Virus record (IMG/VR): IMGVR_UViG_3300029342_000002
Strand: one strand, 5' to 3'
Origin: a virus
DNA length: 64,000 nt
The translations under genes were made by a program, and so were the position numbers. The notes below the pieces were generated by a model, which saw only the letters and a list, made by a program, of their open reading frames with translations, ran no database searches and was not told the origin of the DNA. Shown here piece after piece: positions 20,331-28,615 of the stretch (positions within the stretch are counted from its first letter, which is position 1; each line of letters begins with the position of its first letter).

Positions 20331-20579
20331 CTATTTGATTTTGCGTGATGTTTTACTTTTAACTGCGCCAATTCTTATGCGCACGTATCGAGTTATTAGT
20401 TCTCTCGTACGATACCACCTAAGCACCTCGTACGTAATAAACACGCCGCACATTTTAGGGTATTGGCGTGGTTCTGTTTCGATTGATGTGCTTACCTTCT
20501 TAAACTTCACCTTAATAGTTTTATGGAACCACACACGAAACTTTAATTTGTAACGCTTCTTTGTTTTTCTAATCTTCAT
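20331..20579 (-). CDS. small highly basic protein
   Basis: ATG at 20579. 82 aa rich in K/R. Its stop lies 2 nt before the radical SAM start, so it fills the gap exactly. Confidence 0.45.
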   Translation of the reverse strand: MKIRKTKKRYKLKFRVWFHKTIKVKFKKVSTSIETEPRQYPKMCGVFITYEVLRWYRTRELITRYVRIRIGAVKSKTSRKIK

Positions 20580-20949
20580 TTTCTTTCTTTTTATAGTCCA
20601 AACAGCCTTCCTCCATTGTTGGCATGATACGGAAGCCGCCGTTCTCAGCATCATCAATAAGTTCTTCTGACGCATGAAACGAGTTGAACATTTTGGCGTT
20701 ATGGTACTTCAAGCATACATTTACATGAATTTCTTTTTCGTATTCATGTTCGCGCCCTGTTTGTGGATGAAACCCCGTCCTTGTAATAGTTGCGGTTTGC
20801 TCCGTTTCTTTGTACCACTTGCATGAATAGCAAGCGGCAAGATTGCAAGGTGATTTGCCGCAATACTTTTCCTCATGTTTTACGCAACCTCTTTCCGTAA
20901 GGAACAGCTTTCCGCAGTACGAGCAGCTGTATGCGTCTACTCTAATCAT
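20569..20949 (-). CDS. Cys-rich zinc-finger-like protein
   Basis: CSYCGKLFLTERGCVKHEEKYC plus further CxxC pairs. 126 aa. Confidence 0.6.
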   Translation of the reverse strand: MIRVDAYSCSYCGKLFLTERGCVKHEEKYCGKSPCNLAACYSCKWYKETEQTATITRTGFHPQTGREHEYEKEIHVNVCLKYHNAKMFNSFHASEELIDDAENGGFRIMPTMEEGCLDYKKKENED

Positions 20950-21079
20950 GCTCCACCTCCTTCTTAATGGCTTCGAGCTGCTGTATGATGTTGCCTATCG
21001 TCTTGCCGCTGTAATCAACGGCAATTTCTTTCAGTACGGCAATCTGTGCCGTCAGTCTGATGTAATCTGCCTGTTTCAT
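20942..21079 (-). CDS. small hypothetical protein (45 aa)
   Basis: Hand-translated as MKQADYIRLTAQIAVLKEIAVDYSGKTIGNIIQQLEAIKKEVEHD. Overlaps the next start by 8 nt. Below the ORF-track size cutoff. Confidence 0.4.
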   Translation of the reverse strand: MKQADYIRLTAQIAVLKEIAVDYSGKTIGNIIQQLEAIKKEVEHD

Positions 21080-21094
21080 TGTTGCTTTGTTTTA

Positions 21095-21238
21095 TTAAAT
21101 TTTCCGTGAACCATTCTTTGCTTCTCTGTTCGATAGCTTCAAAAGCTGTATAGCTTCGAGCATTGACATGCTGCTGCCACAGTCGAACCCTGCGTCTTTT
21201 AGTTTCTTTATATGCTGATTCTCCTCTTCATGTGTCAT
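21095..21238 (-). CDS. small hypothetical protein (47 aa)
   Basis: Hand-translated as MTHEEENQHIKKLKDAGFDCGSSMSMLEAIQLLKLSNREAKNGSRKI. ATGA overlap with the upstream ORF stop at 21235. Confidence 0.4.
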   Translation of the reverse strand: MTHEEENQHIKKLKDAGFDCGSSMSMLEAIQLLKLSNREAKNGSRKI

Positions 21239-21417
21239 TGTTCTCTGTTTTCGGGTTTGTGTTCTTCGTTCCATTCTTCCTGAAAGTCCGCGAGTTTTCT
21301 GATAATACCCATGAAAACGCTAATATTTATAGGTTCCGTGTTTGTCGGATCTGTAATTCTGACGTGTCTCTCATCGTCAGACATCCGAACTCTAAATGTT
21401 ATCGTTGTTTCCTGCAT
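21235..21417 (-). CDS. hypothetical protein
   Basis: 60-aa ORF in the operon, coupled by overlap on both sides. Confidence 0.5.
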   Translation of the reverse strand: MQETTITFRVRMSDDERHVRITDPTNTEPINISVFMGIIRKLADFQEEWNEEHKPENREQ

Positions 21418-21808
21418 CTTCGCCTCCTTTCTGCTTGTCGTGGATGTTGCCGATAATTATAAACCGAATGTATTTCAGTATCACTCCCAAAGGTATATCG
21501 TCACACTTTCCTTTTTCTCTTATGGGCCTTAAAGTGAACGCTCCGAGGTTTTCGGACCACTCCACTGCAAAGGTCGAGTTGTCATATCTAAGTATATCTC
21601 CCTCATATATTTCTTTGCCGTTTTTGTCTATGCAGCCTGTGAACTGGCAGACGGTATCGGGGTCAACCGTAAAGTAGTTGAATATAGTATCATGGTCGTG
21701 TTCAAATATTCTTACCGTTCCGTCGGGAAAAGTAAGGAGCGAGCCGCATGCTATCTTGCCTTTACATTTAGGGCAAGTGCACTCGCCCTTAAATTTGATT
21801 GTTCTCAT
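21392..21808 (-). CDS. YopX-family protein
   Basis: DKNGKEIYEGDILRY ... IIGNIHD is the characteristic YopX core and C-terminal motif. Confidence 0.7.
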   Translation of the reverse strand: MRTIKFKGECTCPKCKGKIACGSLLTFPDGTVRIFEHDHDTIFNYFTVDPDTVCQFTGCIDKNGKEIYEGDILRYDNSTFAVEWSENLGAFTLRPIREKGKCDDIPLGVILKYIRFIIIGNIHDKQKGGEDAGNNDNI

Positions 21809-21829
21809 TCTATAAATCCTTTTATGTTG

Positions 21830-22171
21830 TTATTTTGCTTCTAATAGTCTTTTCTCGCAAATCACACCGAGGCCTTCAATGAGGTCCAGACATGAGTCAC
21901 ATTCCAAGCAGAATGTAGAGCATACATGAGGGCTGTCTTGATAGTAAGGACAGCCCGTCGCCTTTTTCATATAAAGTTTTTTGTCCTTTACAAAGGCGTA
22001 GAATGCTTTTACAAGCCTCGTTGGCCTCTTTTCTTCGTTCAACTGACGTACCACATCGTTGTAGTCGTCCATGAGCTGATGCACACGATGCGCTAACACA
22101 ATGTTCTCTGCCTTCAGGTTGGCGATGACATAGGCAAGCGCCTCCATGCTTTTGTTTTCTTCTGTTTCCAT
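21830..22171 (-). CDS. hypothetical Cys-rich protein
   Basis: 113-aa ORF. No family recognised. Confidence 0.55.
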   Translation of the reverse strand: METEENKSMEALAYVIANLKAENIVLAHRVHQLMDDYNDVVRQLNEEKRPTRLVKAFYAFVKDKKLYMKKATGCPYYQDSPHVCSTFCLECDSCLDLIEGLGVICEKRLLEAK

Positions 22172-22204
22172 TGTTTTATATGTTTTTATAGATGCTCTTG
22201 GTAT

Positions 22205-22262
22205 AGGCAGCTCTAACGGGGCTATCTATTATAGAGGCTGGCGCCTTACTGGGGCTTTCTGT
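22205..22262 (+). repeat. phased GCCT/GGCT repeat array (locus 2 of 5, degenerate)
   Basis: GGCAGCTCTAAC GGGGCTATCT .. GCGCCTTACT GGGGCTTTCT, in an intergenic gap. Confidence 0.4.
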
Positions 22263-22266
22263 TGTT

Positions 22267-22467
22267 TCAGTTTCGGAAGAGCTTGATTCTCGTTACCTTG
22301 TTCTTGGCTCTTGGGTTCTGGCGTCGCCATTCTTCGGCGAGCTGACGTTCGAGCTGTTCGTGTCGTATGAAGCGGTCTCCGATGGGTATCTGGAAGACAG
22401 CCTGTAGGACGCTTCCATCTGAGAAATGGATGAGTCCGTGTCTGGTGATGGTGTGAGTGTATATCAT
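22267..22467 (-). CDS. hypothetical protein
   Basis: ATG at 22467 forms an ATGA overlap with the stop of the upstream gene at 22464. Confidence 0.5.
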   Translation of the reverse strand: MIYTHTITRHGLIHFSDGSVLQAVFQIPIGDRFIRHEQLERQLAEEWRRQNPRAKNKVTRIKLFRN

Positions 22468-22721
22468 TGTTTTATTTTTATGTTGAAGGGGGTGTGCTTG
22501 AGTATTTCCTGCCAATATTCTTCGGCGTTGCGGAAGGGGAGGTGAACATCATTCGGCTTTATACGAAAACAGTCTTGGTATGCCACAACCGAATCAAGAT
22601 TCAGTTCGTCCTTGTTGCCGTCTATGTCTATCCATCTTGAGCCGTTCTTGATTTGAATGGTCTTGCCTTCCGCAAATGCCAGTATCAGAGGAAGGACATT
22701 CTTTATTTGTTCTTTTGTCAT
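22464..22721 (-). CDS. hypothetical protein
   Basis: 85-aa ORF in the operon. Confidence 0.55.
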   Translation of the reverse strand: MTKEQIKNVLPLILAFAEGKTIQIKNGSRWIDIDGNKDELNLDSVVAYQDCFRIKPNDVHLPFRNAEEYWQEILKHTPFNIKIKQ

Positions 22722-22761
22722 AATATCTATTTTTTATACTTTTAATGAGTTTTCGTAGGGA

Positions 22762-23184
22762 TTAAGGTCTATCCAGTTCAAATTTACTATCCAAGCCCAA
22801 GCCAAATAAGAGGTGTTGGAACTGGTGAACATATTTTAGTTCTATAATACTATCACGATATTCAAAATCAGCGAAATAGAAAAATCTGTCAAACATATCA
22901 TATTGTATATACACTTCATCCTTGTAGTAGAGCAGAGTCCTATTGCTTGATTTACTTTTCTTCCACTTCCCATTCTCCTCCAGTATTTCGGGAGTTAGAG
23001 GAATAGGCTTTATATCTACAGGTCTTACTTCTATGGAAAAGTAAGCATCGTCATACTCAATATCAGGATTATAGTCATGATGGCATACTTTTATGAAATA
23101 ATTGGTCTTGTAGGTTTCCAAAACCCTTGCCAATTTTCTTCTGAATATAACCCAATCACCTGGGATGTATCTGTCTTTTTTCAT
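22762..23184 (-). CDS. paralog family member 1 (ILEKNGW ... VHxLQHLL family)
   Basis: PLTPEILEENGKW and KYVHQFQHLLFGLG, shared with 23323, 26469 and 30485. Confidence 0.65.
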   Translation of the reverse strand: MKKDRYIPGDWVIFRRKLARVLETYKTNYFIKVCHHDYNPDIEYDDAYFSIEVRPVDIKPIPLTPEILEENGKWKKSKSSNRTLLYYKDEVYIQYDMFDRFFYFADFEYRDSIIELKYVHQFQHLLFGLGLDSKFELDRP

Positions 23185-23189
23185 CCGTT

Positions 23190-23312
23190 TTACTTTTTAA
23201 TACTTTCTGAGCTATCCTCGCCCCTGTCATAAGGGCAATTAAACATCTGAGGACAAAGACCGCAACCTACAATATGCTTTAGGTCACATTTCTTTCTTGA
23301 TTTGTAACTCAT
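23190..23312 (-). CDS. small Cys-rich peptide (40 aa), tentative
   Basis: Hand-translated as MSYKSRKKCDLKHIVGCGLCPQMFNCPYDRGEDSSESIKK. Fills the gap between two genes. Confidence 0.3.
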   Translation of the reverse strand: MSYKSRKKCDLKHIVGCGLCPQMFNCPYDRGEDSSESIKK

Positions 23313-23322
23313 AAATTCTTTG

Positions 23323-23772
23323 TTAGACAATTATTTTTATGCTCTCCTTGGTGGCAGCGATGATATTCTGTATCTCGTGAAGGAAGGATATCTCGCACAA
23401 TTCACATGCGCAATAGAATGCGCTGTAGGCATCGTATTGAAGGTAATGCCAGATTTCCAAACAACTATCTTCATGCTCGTATTGACACCATTCAAAACCA
23501 TCTTCATCTATGTGATGTCTGACATTTTCGAAACCGTTCTTTCTGAGAAACTCACTGTTGATAGGAATACCCTCGATGTCATCGCACCAAACACCGTGAG
23601 AGAACTCCCATTCTTCCCTAACGATTTGAAGTAGATCTGCAAGTCCTTTCTTTTCTTCATGTGTCCGCTCGGAGTCTATGGCTACGACCTCACAAAGTGC
23701 TCCTTTGGGAAACATGCAGTTATCACTGCTGACCCTTACATAATTTCCTATTCTTAAATCTTCCGCTTTCAT
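23323..23772 (-). CDS. paralog family member 2 (divergent)
   Basis: N-terminus DLRIGNYVRV, GIPINSEFLRKNGF, and C-terminal ISFLHEIQNII. Confidence 0.6.
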   Translation of the reverse strand: MKAEDLRIGNYVRVSSDNCMFPKGALCEVVAIDSERTHEEKKGLADLLQIVREEWEFSHGVWCDDIEGIPINSEFLRKNGFENVRHHIDEDGFEWCQYEHEDSCLEIWHYLQYDAYSAFYCACELCEISFLHEIQNIIAATKESIKIIV

Positions 23773-23807
23773 AGTCTCTGTTCTTCCTTTGTCATTATTG
23801 TTTATTT

Positions 23808-24101
23808 TTATTGTTTATAATCCGATTCATCGTCAAGTATGTCGTTGAGCCTTTTGTTTTCCTTGCGATACCACTCCGATGTACGCTTTAGCTCTTCGTA
23901 ACGATTCTTTCTATCTTGCCATCGGGTGACGGGGGAAAGCAGGAAACCCGTGATTCTTTCTACGAAAATGAAGTATTCGTCGAAAACGAAATTGTCTGTC
24001 AGCCCCTTGAAGATGGCGAATGGGATGTAACCTATGAGCATTATGGTAAGGATAGGGGACAGAAGAATGGCACAGATGATTCTTGTAATGACTTGTTTCA
24101 T
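23808..24101 (-). CDS. small membrane protein
   Basis: Two hydrophobic helices (IICAILLSPILTIMLIGYIPFAIF). Confidence 0.55.
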   Translation of the reverse strand: MKQVITRIICAILLSPILTIMLIGYIPFAIFKGLTDNFVFDEYFIFVERITGFLLSPVTRWQDRKNRYEELKRTSEWYRKENKRLNDILDDESDYKQ

Positions 24102-24117
24102 GTTGTGTTACGTTTTG

Positions 24118-24408
24118 TTATTTATCACTTATACGGGCTTTAAGATTTTCGATTTTACACTCACATTGTCTGATTCTTTCCCGTAAGACAAAATAAGAGT
24201 CGTATTCGCCGACCCAATAAAGTCCACACTCCAACATGTTGGGGACGTAGAGATTATCAGCCTCTTGAGTAAAGGCATTTAAGGCAAGAATATATTTACT
24301 ATTGTGAGGATGATACATAAGATACTCCCAAGTCTTAAACTCTCCGTTGTGGATCCTTGTTATCGTGCAGCCGGGTGTCAGCTGTGATATGTCTTTTAAT
24401 TGCTTCAT
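24118..24408 (-). CDS. hypothetical protein
   Basis: ATG at 24408 (MKQLKDISQ...). The longer tracked ORF runs through the upstream hairpin CCTCTCCCCA..TGGGGAGAGG at 24425-24452. Confidence 0.5.
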   Translation of the reverse strand: MKQLKDISQLTPGCTITRIHNGEFKTWEYLMYHPHNSKYILALNAFTQEADNLYVPNMLECGLYWVGEYDSYFVLRERIRQCECKIENLKARISDK

Positions 24409-24464
24409 GTTTTCTTGTTTTTGCCTCTCCCCAGAGGATAGTGGGGAGAGGGTTGTTAGTTTTT

Positions 24465-24644
24465 CTATTTCGTAAACTCTATCATATATTGCGCGAGCAC
24501 GGCACTTACATAACATAAAGTCATAAGTATTGTAGCTACAGATGCAACTATAATGCTTACCGTTCTTACCTTTGGTGTTTCAGACCAAAATAATGCACTA
24601 ACTATCAGGAAAATAGTTCCTAAAATTGTCAATAATGTTACCAC
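24465..24644 (-). CDS. possible 59-aa two-TM peptide (GTG start), tentative
   Basis: Hand-translated as VVTLLTILGTIFLIVSALFWSETPKVRTVSIIVASVATILMTLCYVSAVLAQYMIEFTK. Its start lies 8 nt from the IS target duplication. Confidence 0.25.
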   Translation of the reverse strand: MVTLLTILGTIFLIVSALFWSETPKVRTVSIIVASVATILMTLCYVSAVLAQYMIEFTK

Positions 24645-24651
24645 ATTTCTA

Positions 24652-24660
24652 TCTATTTAT
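24652..24660. repeat. IS target-site duplication (left copy)
   Basis: TCTATTTAT immediately outside the left IR. An identical 9-mer is at 26293-26301. Confidence 0.8.
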
Positions 24661-24687
24661 TAGGGTGTCCAGTTCGTTGTACCAATT

Positions 24688-25872
24688 TTAGCTCACTTTT
24701 CTAAGCGTTTTGGTTCGTTCTGTAACCCAGTTTTTGGACAAGTGCTCGGTTGACCAAGTACTGATGTCCTTAAGTTTAACATTTACAATGCGCTCTTTGA
24801 AATTAATTGTTTTTGTAACGGATTCGTTCGAGACTTTTGAATATAACGGTATCGTCAGAACAAAAGACGTTACACCGTACAGCTTGTTCGGCGACTTTTT
24901 GCTCTTATAGATGCCAAAAGTAGATTCAATGATGTCGGATGATATATTGATGCTCATGTTAGCAGTGAGAAGTGCTTCTTCCCTATTGAAGTATTCAAGC
25001 ATCTTGATACCAGCATGTACCTGTCTGGAATGTGCATTTCCTAAGACATGAGTAATGATATGGAGCTTGCACTTCTTGCTCGTCATGATTGAGAAGCCTT
25101 CGTTCTTGCAGATGGCCTCGACGTGTCTTACAGCACAAAGTACAGCCTGCAGTTCCTTCAGCAGAGATTCATAATCCTTTATGAAGGCATACGCTTCCTG
25201 TATTTTCTCTGGTAGCGTGTCATAACAGTCAAGCATTTCATTACCCCAGAACACCCATGAAGACATATTCATGAACCGTGATATAGTTCTCATATTGGGA
25301 GGCAGCAAGTATGCCTTGTCGGTCAGATGATACTGCAATCGTTTCTTGCCAAGGAGTGTTGTAAACTCCACAAAATCAGATTGTTTCTCATAGACATTCT
25401 TGAGAATCACACCCATGGAATGACTGATGTCTGCATGATGTATATGCCTGGAGCCAGTGATGCCCTTGGTCAGATTATGACCATTGTCACTTATGATGTA
25501 ATCGGGAGCATTTCCTGCAGATTTCTCTGCTTCCTCTATTCTGCTTTGAACGTCATCGCCGTTGAAGCCCTTGCTAACCGACATGTCAAGAATTGTTACA
25601 TCCTCGTGTTTTATAGGGCGCCCCTGATGCTCGGAAGGAATTGCAAGAGTCAGGAGAAGCTTCTGCCCGTTTATGGCAATGCTTTCGTCTACGACCATTG
25701 CAAACTTCTTGTCCTTGCATGGCTGCTCATCCTGATAGACAGAGAGACCAAGTTTCTTCACCCAGTTTTCTACGGTGTTGTAGCACGGAACCTTTCCAAA
25801 TGTATCACCCAACAGCTCGGCGAAGATCTCCAGGATAGTCACGACTGTGCGCAGCCCACATGGTGTACGCAT
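24688..25872 (-). CDS. transposase catalytic ORF (orfB)
   Basis: 394-aa ORF inside the IS with D..D..E-like blocks (MVVDESIAING, YIISDNGHNL). Its frame stays open upstream as far as the A9 run. Confidence 0.7.
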   Translation of the reverse strand: MRTPCGLRTVVTILEIFAELLGDTFGKVPCYNTVENWVKKLGLSVYQDEQPCKDKKFAMVVDESIAINGQKLLLTLAIPSEHQGRPIKHEDVTILDMSVSKGFNGDDVQSRIEEAEKSAGNAPDYIISDNGHNLTKGITGSRHIHHADISHSMGVILKNVYEKQSDFVEFTTLLGKKRLQYHLTDKAYLLPPNMRTISRFMNMSSWVFWGNEMLDCYDTLPEKIQEAYAFIKDYESLLKELQAVLCAVRHVEAICKNEGFSIMTSKKCKLHIITHVLGNAHSRQVHAGIKMLEYFNREEALLTANMSINISSDIIESTFGIYKSKKSPNKLYGVTSFVLTIPLYSKVSNESVTKTINFKERIVNVKLKDISTWSTEHLSKNWVTERTKTLRKVS

Positions 25873-25898
25873 GTAGATAAAAACGCAAAGTTGAATGA

Positions 25899-26123
25899 CT
25901 ATAAGAGGGAATCTATGTCCGGGAACAGGCTCGAGAGTAATTGACTTTGTTCGTCGGTCAATGTTATCTTCCGAACGTCTTTTTTTTTAAGCTCCTTCTT
26001 GGTCTTGTCATACTTAGCCTTGATTTTGTCTTTTTGAGATGCAAGTTTCTTGTTCTCTTTACGAAGACGTTTCAGCTCCTCAAGGAGTGAGTCTTTATCT
26101 AGGTTTGAATCTAACTTTTTCAT
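25899..26123 (-). CDS. transposase orfA (coiled-coil/leucine-zipper-like)
   Basis: MKKLDSNLDKDSLLEELKRLRKENKKLASQKDK... An A9 run inside it links to orfB in the -1 frame. Confidence 0.55.
   Translation of the reverse strand: MKKLDSNLDKDSLLEELKRLRKENKKLASQKDKIKAKYDKTKKELKKKDVRKITLTDEQSQLLSSLFPDIDSLL
25980..25988 (-). promoter_or_regulatory. A9 slippery run: candidate -1 frameshift or transcriptional slippage site joining orfA and orfB
   Basis: Minus strand reads CTT AAA AAA AAA GAC. Hand translation of the -1 frame from the last A (AGA CGT TCG ...) runs without a stop into the orfB frame (..IVIQLCVFIYMRTPCGL). Confidence 0.45.
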
Positions 26124-26292
26124 TGATTTACATATTTTGAAATTATATTCAAAGTTACTAAAAATCAACGAGTTATGCAAATTTTCAAAGAACTATTTCG
26201 TTAATTGAAACGTTAAATATCAGAGCGTTATATTAATAACTTAACGGGTGATTTCAGCATCTGTTTTTCGGAACATCTAACTGGACACCCTA

Positions 26293-26301
26293 TCTATTTA
26301 T
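26293..26301. repeat. IS target-site duplication (right copy)
   Basis: TCTATTTAT immediately outside the right IR. Confidence 0.8.
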
Positions 26302-26313
26302 GCCCGAAGGCGG

Positions 26314-26466
26314 TTAAACTTCCAACATTCTATCAATAAATCTTTTCACAACTTCCACTGCCTTATACTCTTCTACTCTTATCCTTTTTTCGTATCTGTT
26401 ACAAAGCAAGTTCAATGAACCTCTAAGATTTATTAAATCTTCTTCAGCGAGCTTATCATTATTCAT
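26314..26466 (-). CDS. small hypothetical protein (50 aa)
   Basis: Hand-translated as MNNDKLAEEDLINLRGSLNLLCNRYEKRIRVEEYKAVEVVKRFIDRMLEV. Starts 2 nt after the upstream stop. Confidence 0.4.
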   Translation of the reverse strand: MNNDKLAEEDLINLRGSLNLLCNRYEKRIRVEEYKAVEVVKRFIDRMLEV

Positions 26467-26468
26467 AT

Positions 26469-26837
26469 CTACACCTCCATTTCTTCTTCAATCCGAAAAG
26501 CAAACAGGATATGCTGTAACTGATGAACACAAAAGATATAACCTCCCATAATGTCACCGTTTATTGAAACAGACCATTTGGTTTCATCTTCGTCTGTGCA
26601 AAGTTTAATTCTTGGAATCCGACTATGCGTAAAGTATACTTGCCCCTTATTCCAACCATTCTTTTCAAGGATAGCAGATGTAAGATCCACTGGTTTTATA
26701 TCCTCAACATCCACATAGCAGTACGTCAACCCTACTTTAGGACAATACAAGTCAAAGTGACTTCCATTTGGCTCTTTGATTACCATGATTTTGTTGTCAT
26801 ACGTGACAATATCATTAATAATATATTTCTGTTTCAT
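26469..26837 (-). CDS. paralog family member 3
   Basis: DLTSAILEKNGWNKG and FCVHQLQHILFAF. Confidence 0.65.
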   Translation of the reverse strand: MKQKYIINDIVTYDNKIMVIKEPNGSHFDLYCPKVGLTYCYVDVEDIKPVDLTSAILEKNGWNKGQVYFTHSRIPRIKLCTDEDETKWSVSINGDIMGGYIFCVHQLQHILFAFRIEEEMEV

Positions 26838-27252
26838 GCGCTTGGGTCTTTCTGTTTTCTACACTGTATACATTGTCGATGAATACTTTTGCGAGTTTTC
26901 GACTTGCTTTTATATAGAATGCTTGTTTTGTCGTTTTAGCCAAATCGACAAATGTTTTTTCCATGCTTTCGTTGTCTTCACGATCACAACAGAATCCAAT
27001 GCGTGCGGATTCAAGCATATCACGATCTCCACTCCTCTTGGCATATATGAGGTTAAGCGTCGGTTTGTCACGCCCCTCATACTTGGCAATATACGTACAT
27101 AGAAAGTATCCATTCAGTATGGGAGGGAGGAGATTTAATATTCTTTTTGTAGGTATGCACCAACGTAAGAAGTCGTCAGATGTCTGAAGGATTTTTCTTA
27201 TATCGTTGAATTCTTCTGCCCATCTTTCGATTTCATATTCTTCGATTTCCAT
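26815..27252 (-). CDS. hypothetical protein
   Basis: ATG at 27252 (MEIEEYEIERW...). The longer tracked ORF overlaps the upstream ASCH gene. Confidence 0.55.
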   Translation of the reverse strand: MEIEEYEIERWAEEFNDIRKILQTSDDFLRWCIPTKRILNLLPPILNGYFLCTYIAKYEGRDKPTLNLIYAKRSGDRDMLESARIGFCCDREDNESMEKTFVDLAKTTKQAFYIKASRKLAKVFIDNVYSVENRKTQAHETEIYY

Positions 27253-27290
27253 AATGATATGTTTTTTTATGATAGTGGGGATAGACGATT

Positions 27291-27908
27291 CTATGTGTTT
27301 GGAAGGGAGACTGTCTCGAAGTCGTAGACGAAGACGTAGGGGTTGGACTGCCATGTGCCTTTGCCGTTGATTTTGTCTATCAAGGCAGCGTAAGCTTCTC
27401 TTGCGGTTCTGTACGGTGAGTTTGCCAGTCCTGTGTACCAATATGTCACGCCTTCAAGTCCTACGTCATGCGCCTCCCAAATGCCTTCTGCCAGACAGTC
27501 TTTTTCGCTGATGTCTTGCAAGCGCTCAAAGCGAATATTAGTAATGCGGATATGATGGAGCATGTGGTCTGCACGGACGAACATCTTGTTGGCGTAGCCT
27601 TTGCTTTGTGACAGTTCGGGCTTAAGTTCGAGGTCAGCGCCGGTGGTCTTTCTGAGGTATTCTTGGATGGTTTTGTAGGACTGGGCGATGGATATGGTTT
27701 CGCCGAGCTTGTACCGAGCAGTTTTAAACTTATTGCCACAGAGTGTAAGCAGAGCCTGTCCGTTGTCGAGTTTTTTGAGTCGGAAATCTTCATTATCAAA
27801 CACAACAAACCCATTTTGCGTATAAGCGATTCTTCTTGTCTGCGTTTTTCTGCCTTCGAGGACGGCCTCACACAGGCCGTATCGGTCGTTGAACATAATT
27901 TTCTTCAT
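27291..27908 (-). CDS. ASCH domain protein
   Basis: N-terminus MFNDRYGLCEAVLEGRKTQTRR resembles the ASCH/YqfB-type motif (..ILxGRKTxTxR). Confidence 0.6.
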   Translation of the reverse strand: MKKIMFNDRYGLCEAVLEGRKTQTRRIAYTQNGFVVFDNEDFRLKKLDNGQALLTLCGNKFKTARYKLGETISIAQSYKTIQEYLRKTTGADLELKPELSQSKGYANKMFVRADHMLHHIRITNIRFERLQDISEKDCLAEGIWEAHDVGLEGVTYWYTGLANSPYRTAREAYAALIDKINGKGTWQSNPYVFVYDFETVSLPNT

Positions 27909-27923
27909 ATTTATTTATATCTC

Positions 27924-28190
27924 TTACCTTGTTTCATTTTTGGTTTTATCTAATAATGTCAAAATATCATCACTAACTATTTCGTCTGCATAACGCGAAG
28001 GAATGAAATCACTTTTATAGCCCCTTACGGCACAATTATTAACAGTAAGTCTATGATTAATTCTAAAAATTAACTCATGCACATCGTCGTCTGATTTACA
28101 TTTTCGTAACCCATCTGCTATATCTCCTCTAAGAAGGCACGGAACATCGTGGGTTTTTATGTAATTTAAAACTATTTCTTTGTAGCTCAT
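27924..28190 (-). CDS. hypothetical protein
   Basis: 88-aa ORF. Confidence 0.5.
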   Translation of the reverse strand: MSYKEIVLNYIKTHDVPCLLRGDIADGLRKCKSDDDVHELIFRINHRLTVNNCAVRGYKSDFIPSRYADEIVSDDILTLLDKTKNETR

Positions 28191-28345
28191 GTCAATTCAT
28201 TATGTCATTTTCAAACATCTCTCTTAAAATCTCCAGATATACCTTACACGCTATCCACCACCAATCAAATCCGTATCTCTATATTCTTCAATTTGATTAT
28301 AGCAAGATCCGCTCTCTGGCATTGTTACCGGTTTATTGTGTGTGA

Positions 28346-28531
28346 TTAATGTTTCTTACGATGTGTTTTCTTGTTCTTGTTTTTCTTGTGCCGCTTAGCG
28401 ACTTGCTTTCTGTAATAAGCTTCGTTCTTGGTCCTGCGGAATTTACACTTGCCGACATTGAAGTTTGGAAATGACGGCTTAAGATGAAAATAGTAATAGT
28501 CTGAGAATATATATGATAGTGATGAATCCAT
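28346..28531 (-). CDS. small basic protein, tentative
   Basis: 61-aa ORF with a K/R/H-rich tail. Confidence 0.35.
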   Translation of the reverse strand: MDSSLSYIFSDYYYFHLKPSFPNFNVGKCKFRRTKNEAYYRKQVAKRHKKNKNKKTHRKKH

Positions 28532-28615
28532 AATTACGATAATAATATTATATAGATTTATACATTGATTTTGTTAGCGCGTTCTTAATTTTCTGTTTCG
28601 TCGTTTTTGTTGAAT

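Larger units (their letters stand above)
24661..26292 (-). mobile_element. insertion sequence, 1632 bp, DDE-type transposase, family not assigned
   Basis: Terminal inverted repeats TAGGGTGTCCAGTTCGTTGTACC (24661-24683) and the reverse complement of 26270-26292, TAGGGTGTCCAGTTAGATGTTCC (20/23 identical). Flanked by a 9-bp direct duplication. Two ORFs lie inside. Confidence 0.85.

Noticed and set aside
20331-20675. 114-aa version of the small basic ORF, and similarly extended tracked starts (e.g. 18219-19034, 26815-27441, 32934-33914, 45716-47029, 59522-59821)
   Set aside because: The extended N-termini overlap the upstream gene or run through junction hairpins. Internal ATGs give tight or overlapping coupling, or carry the conserved leader.
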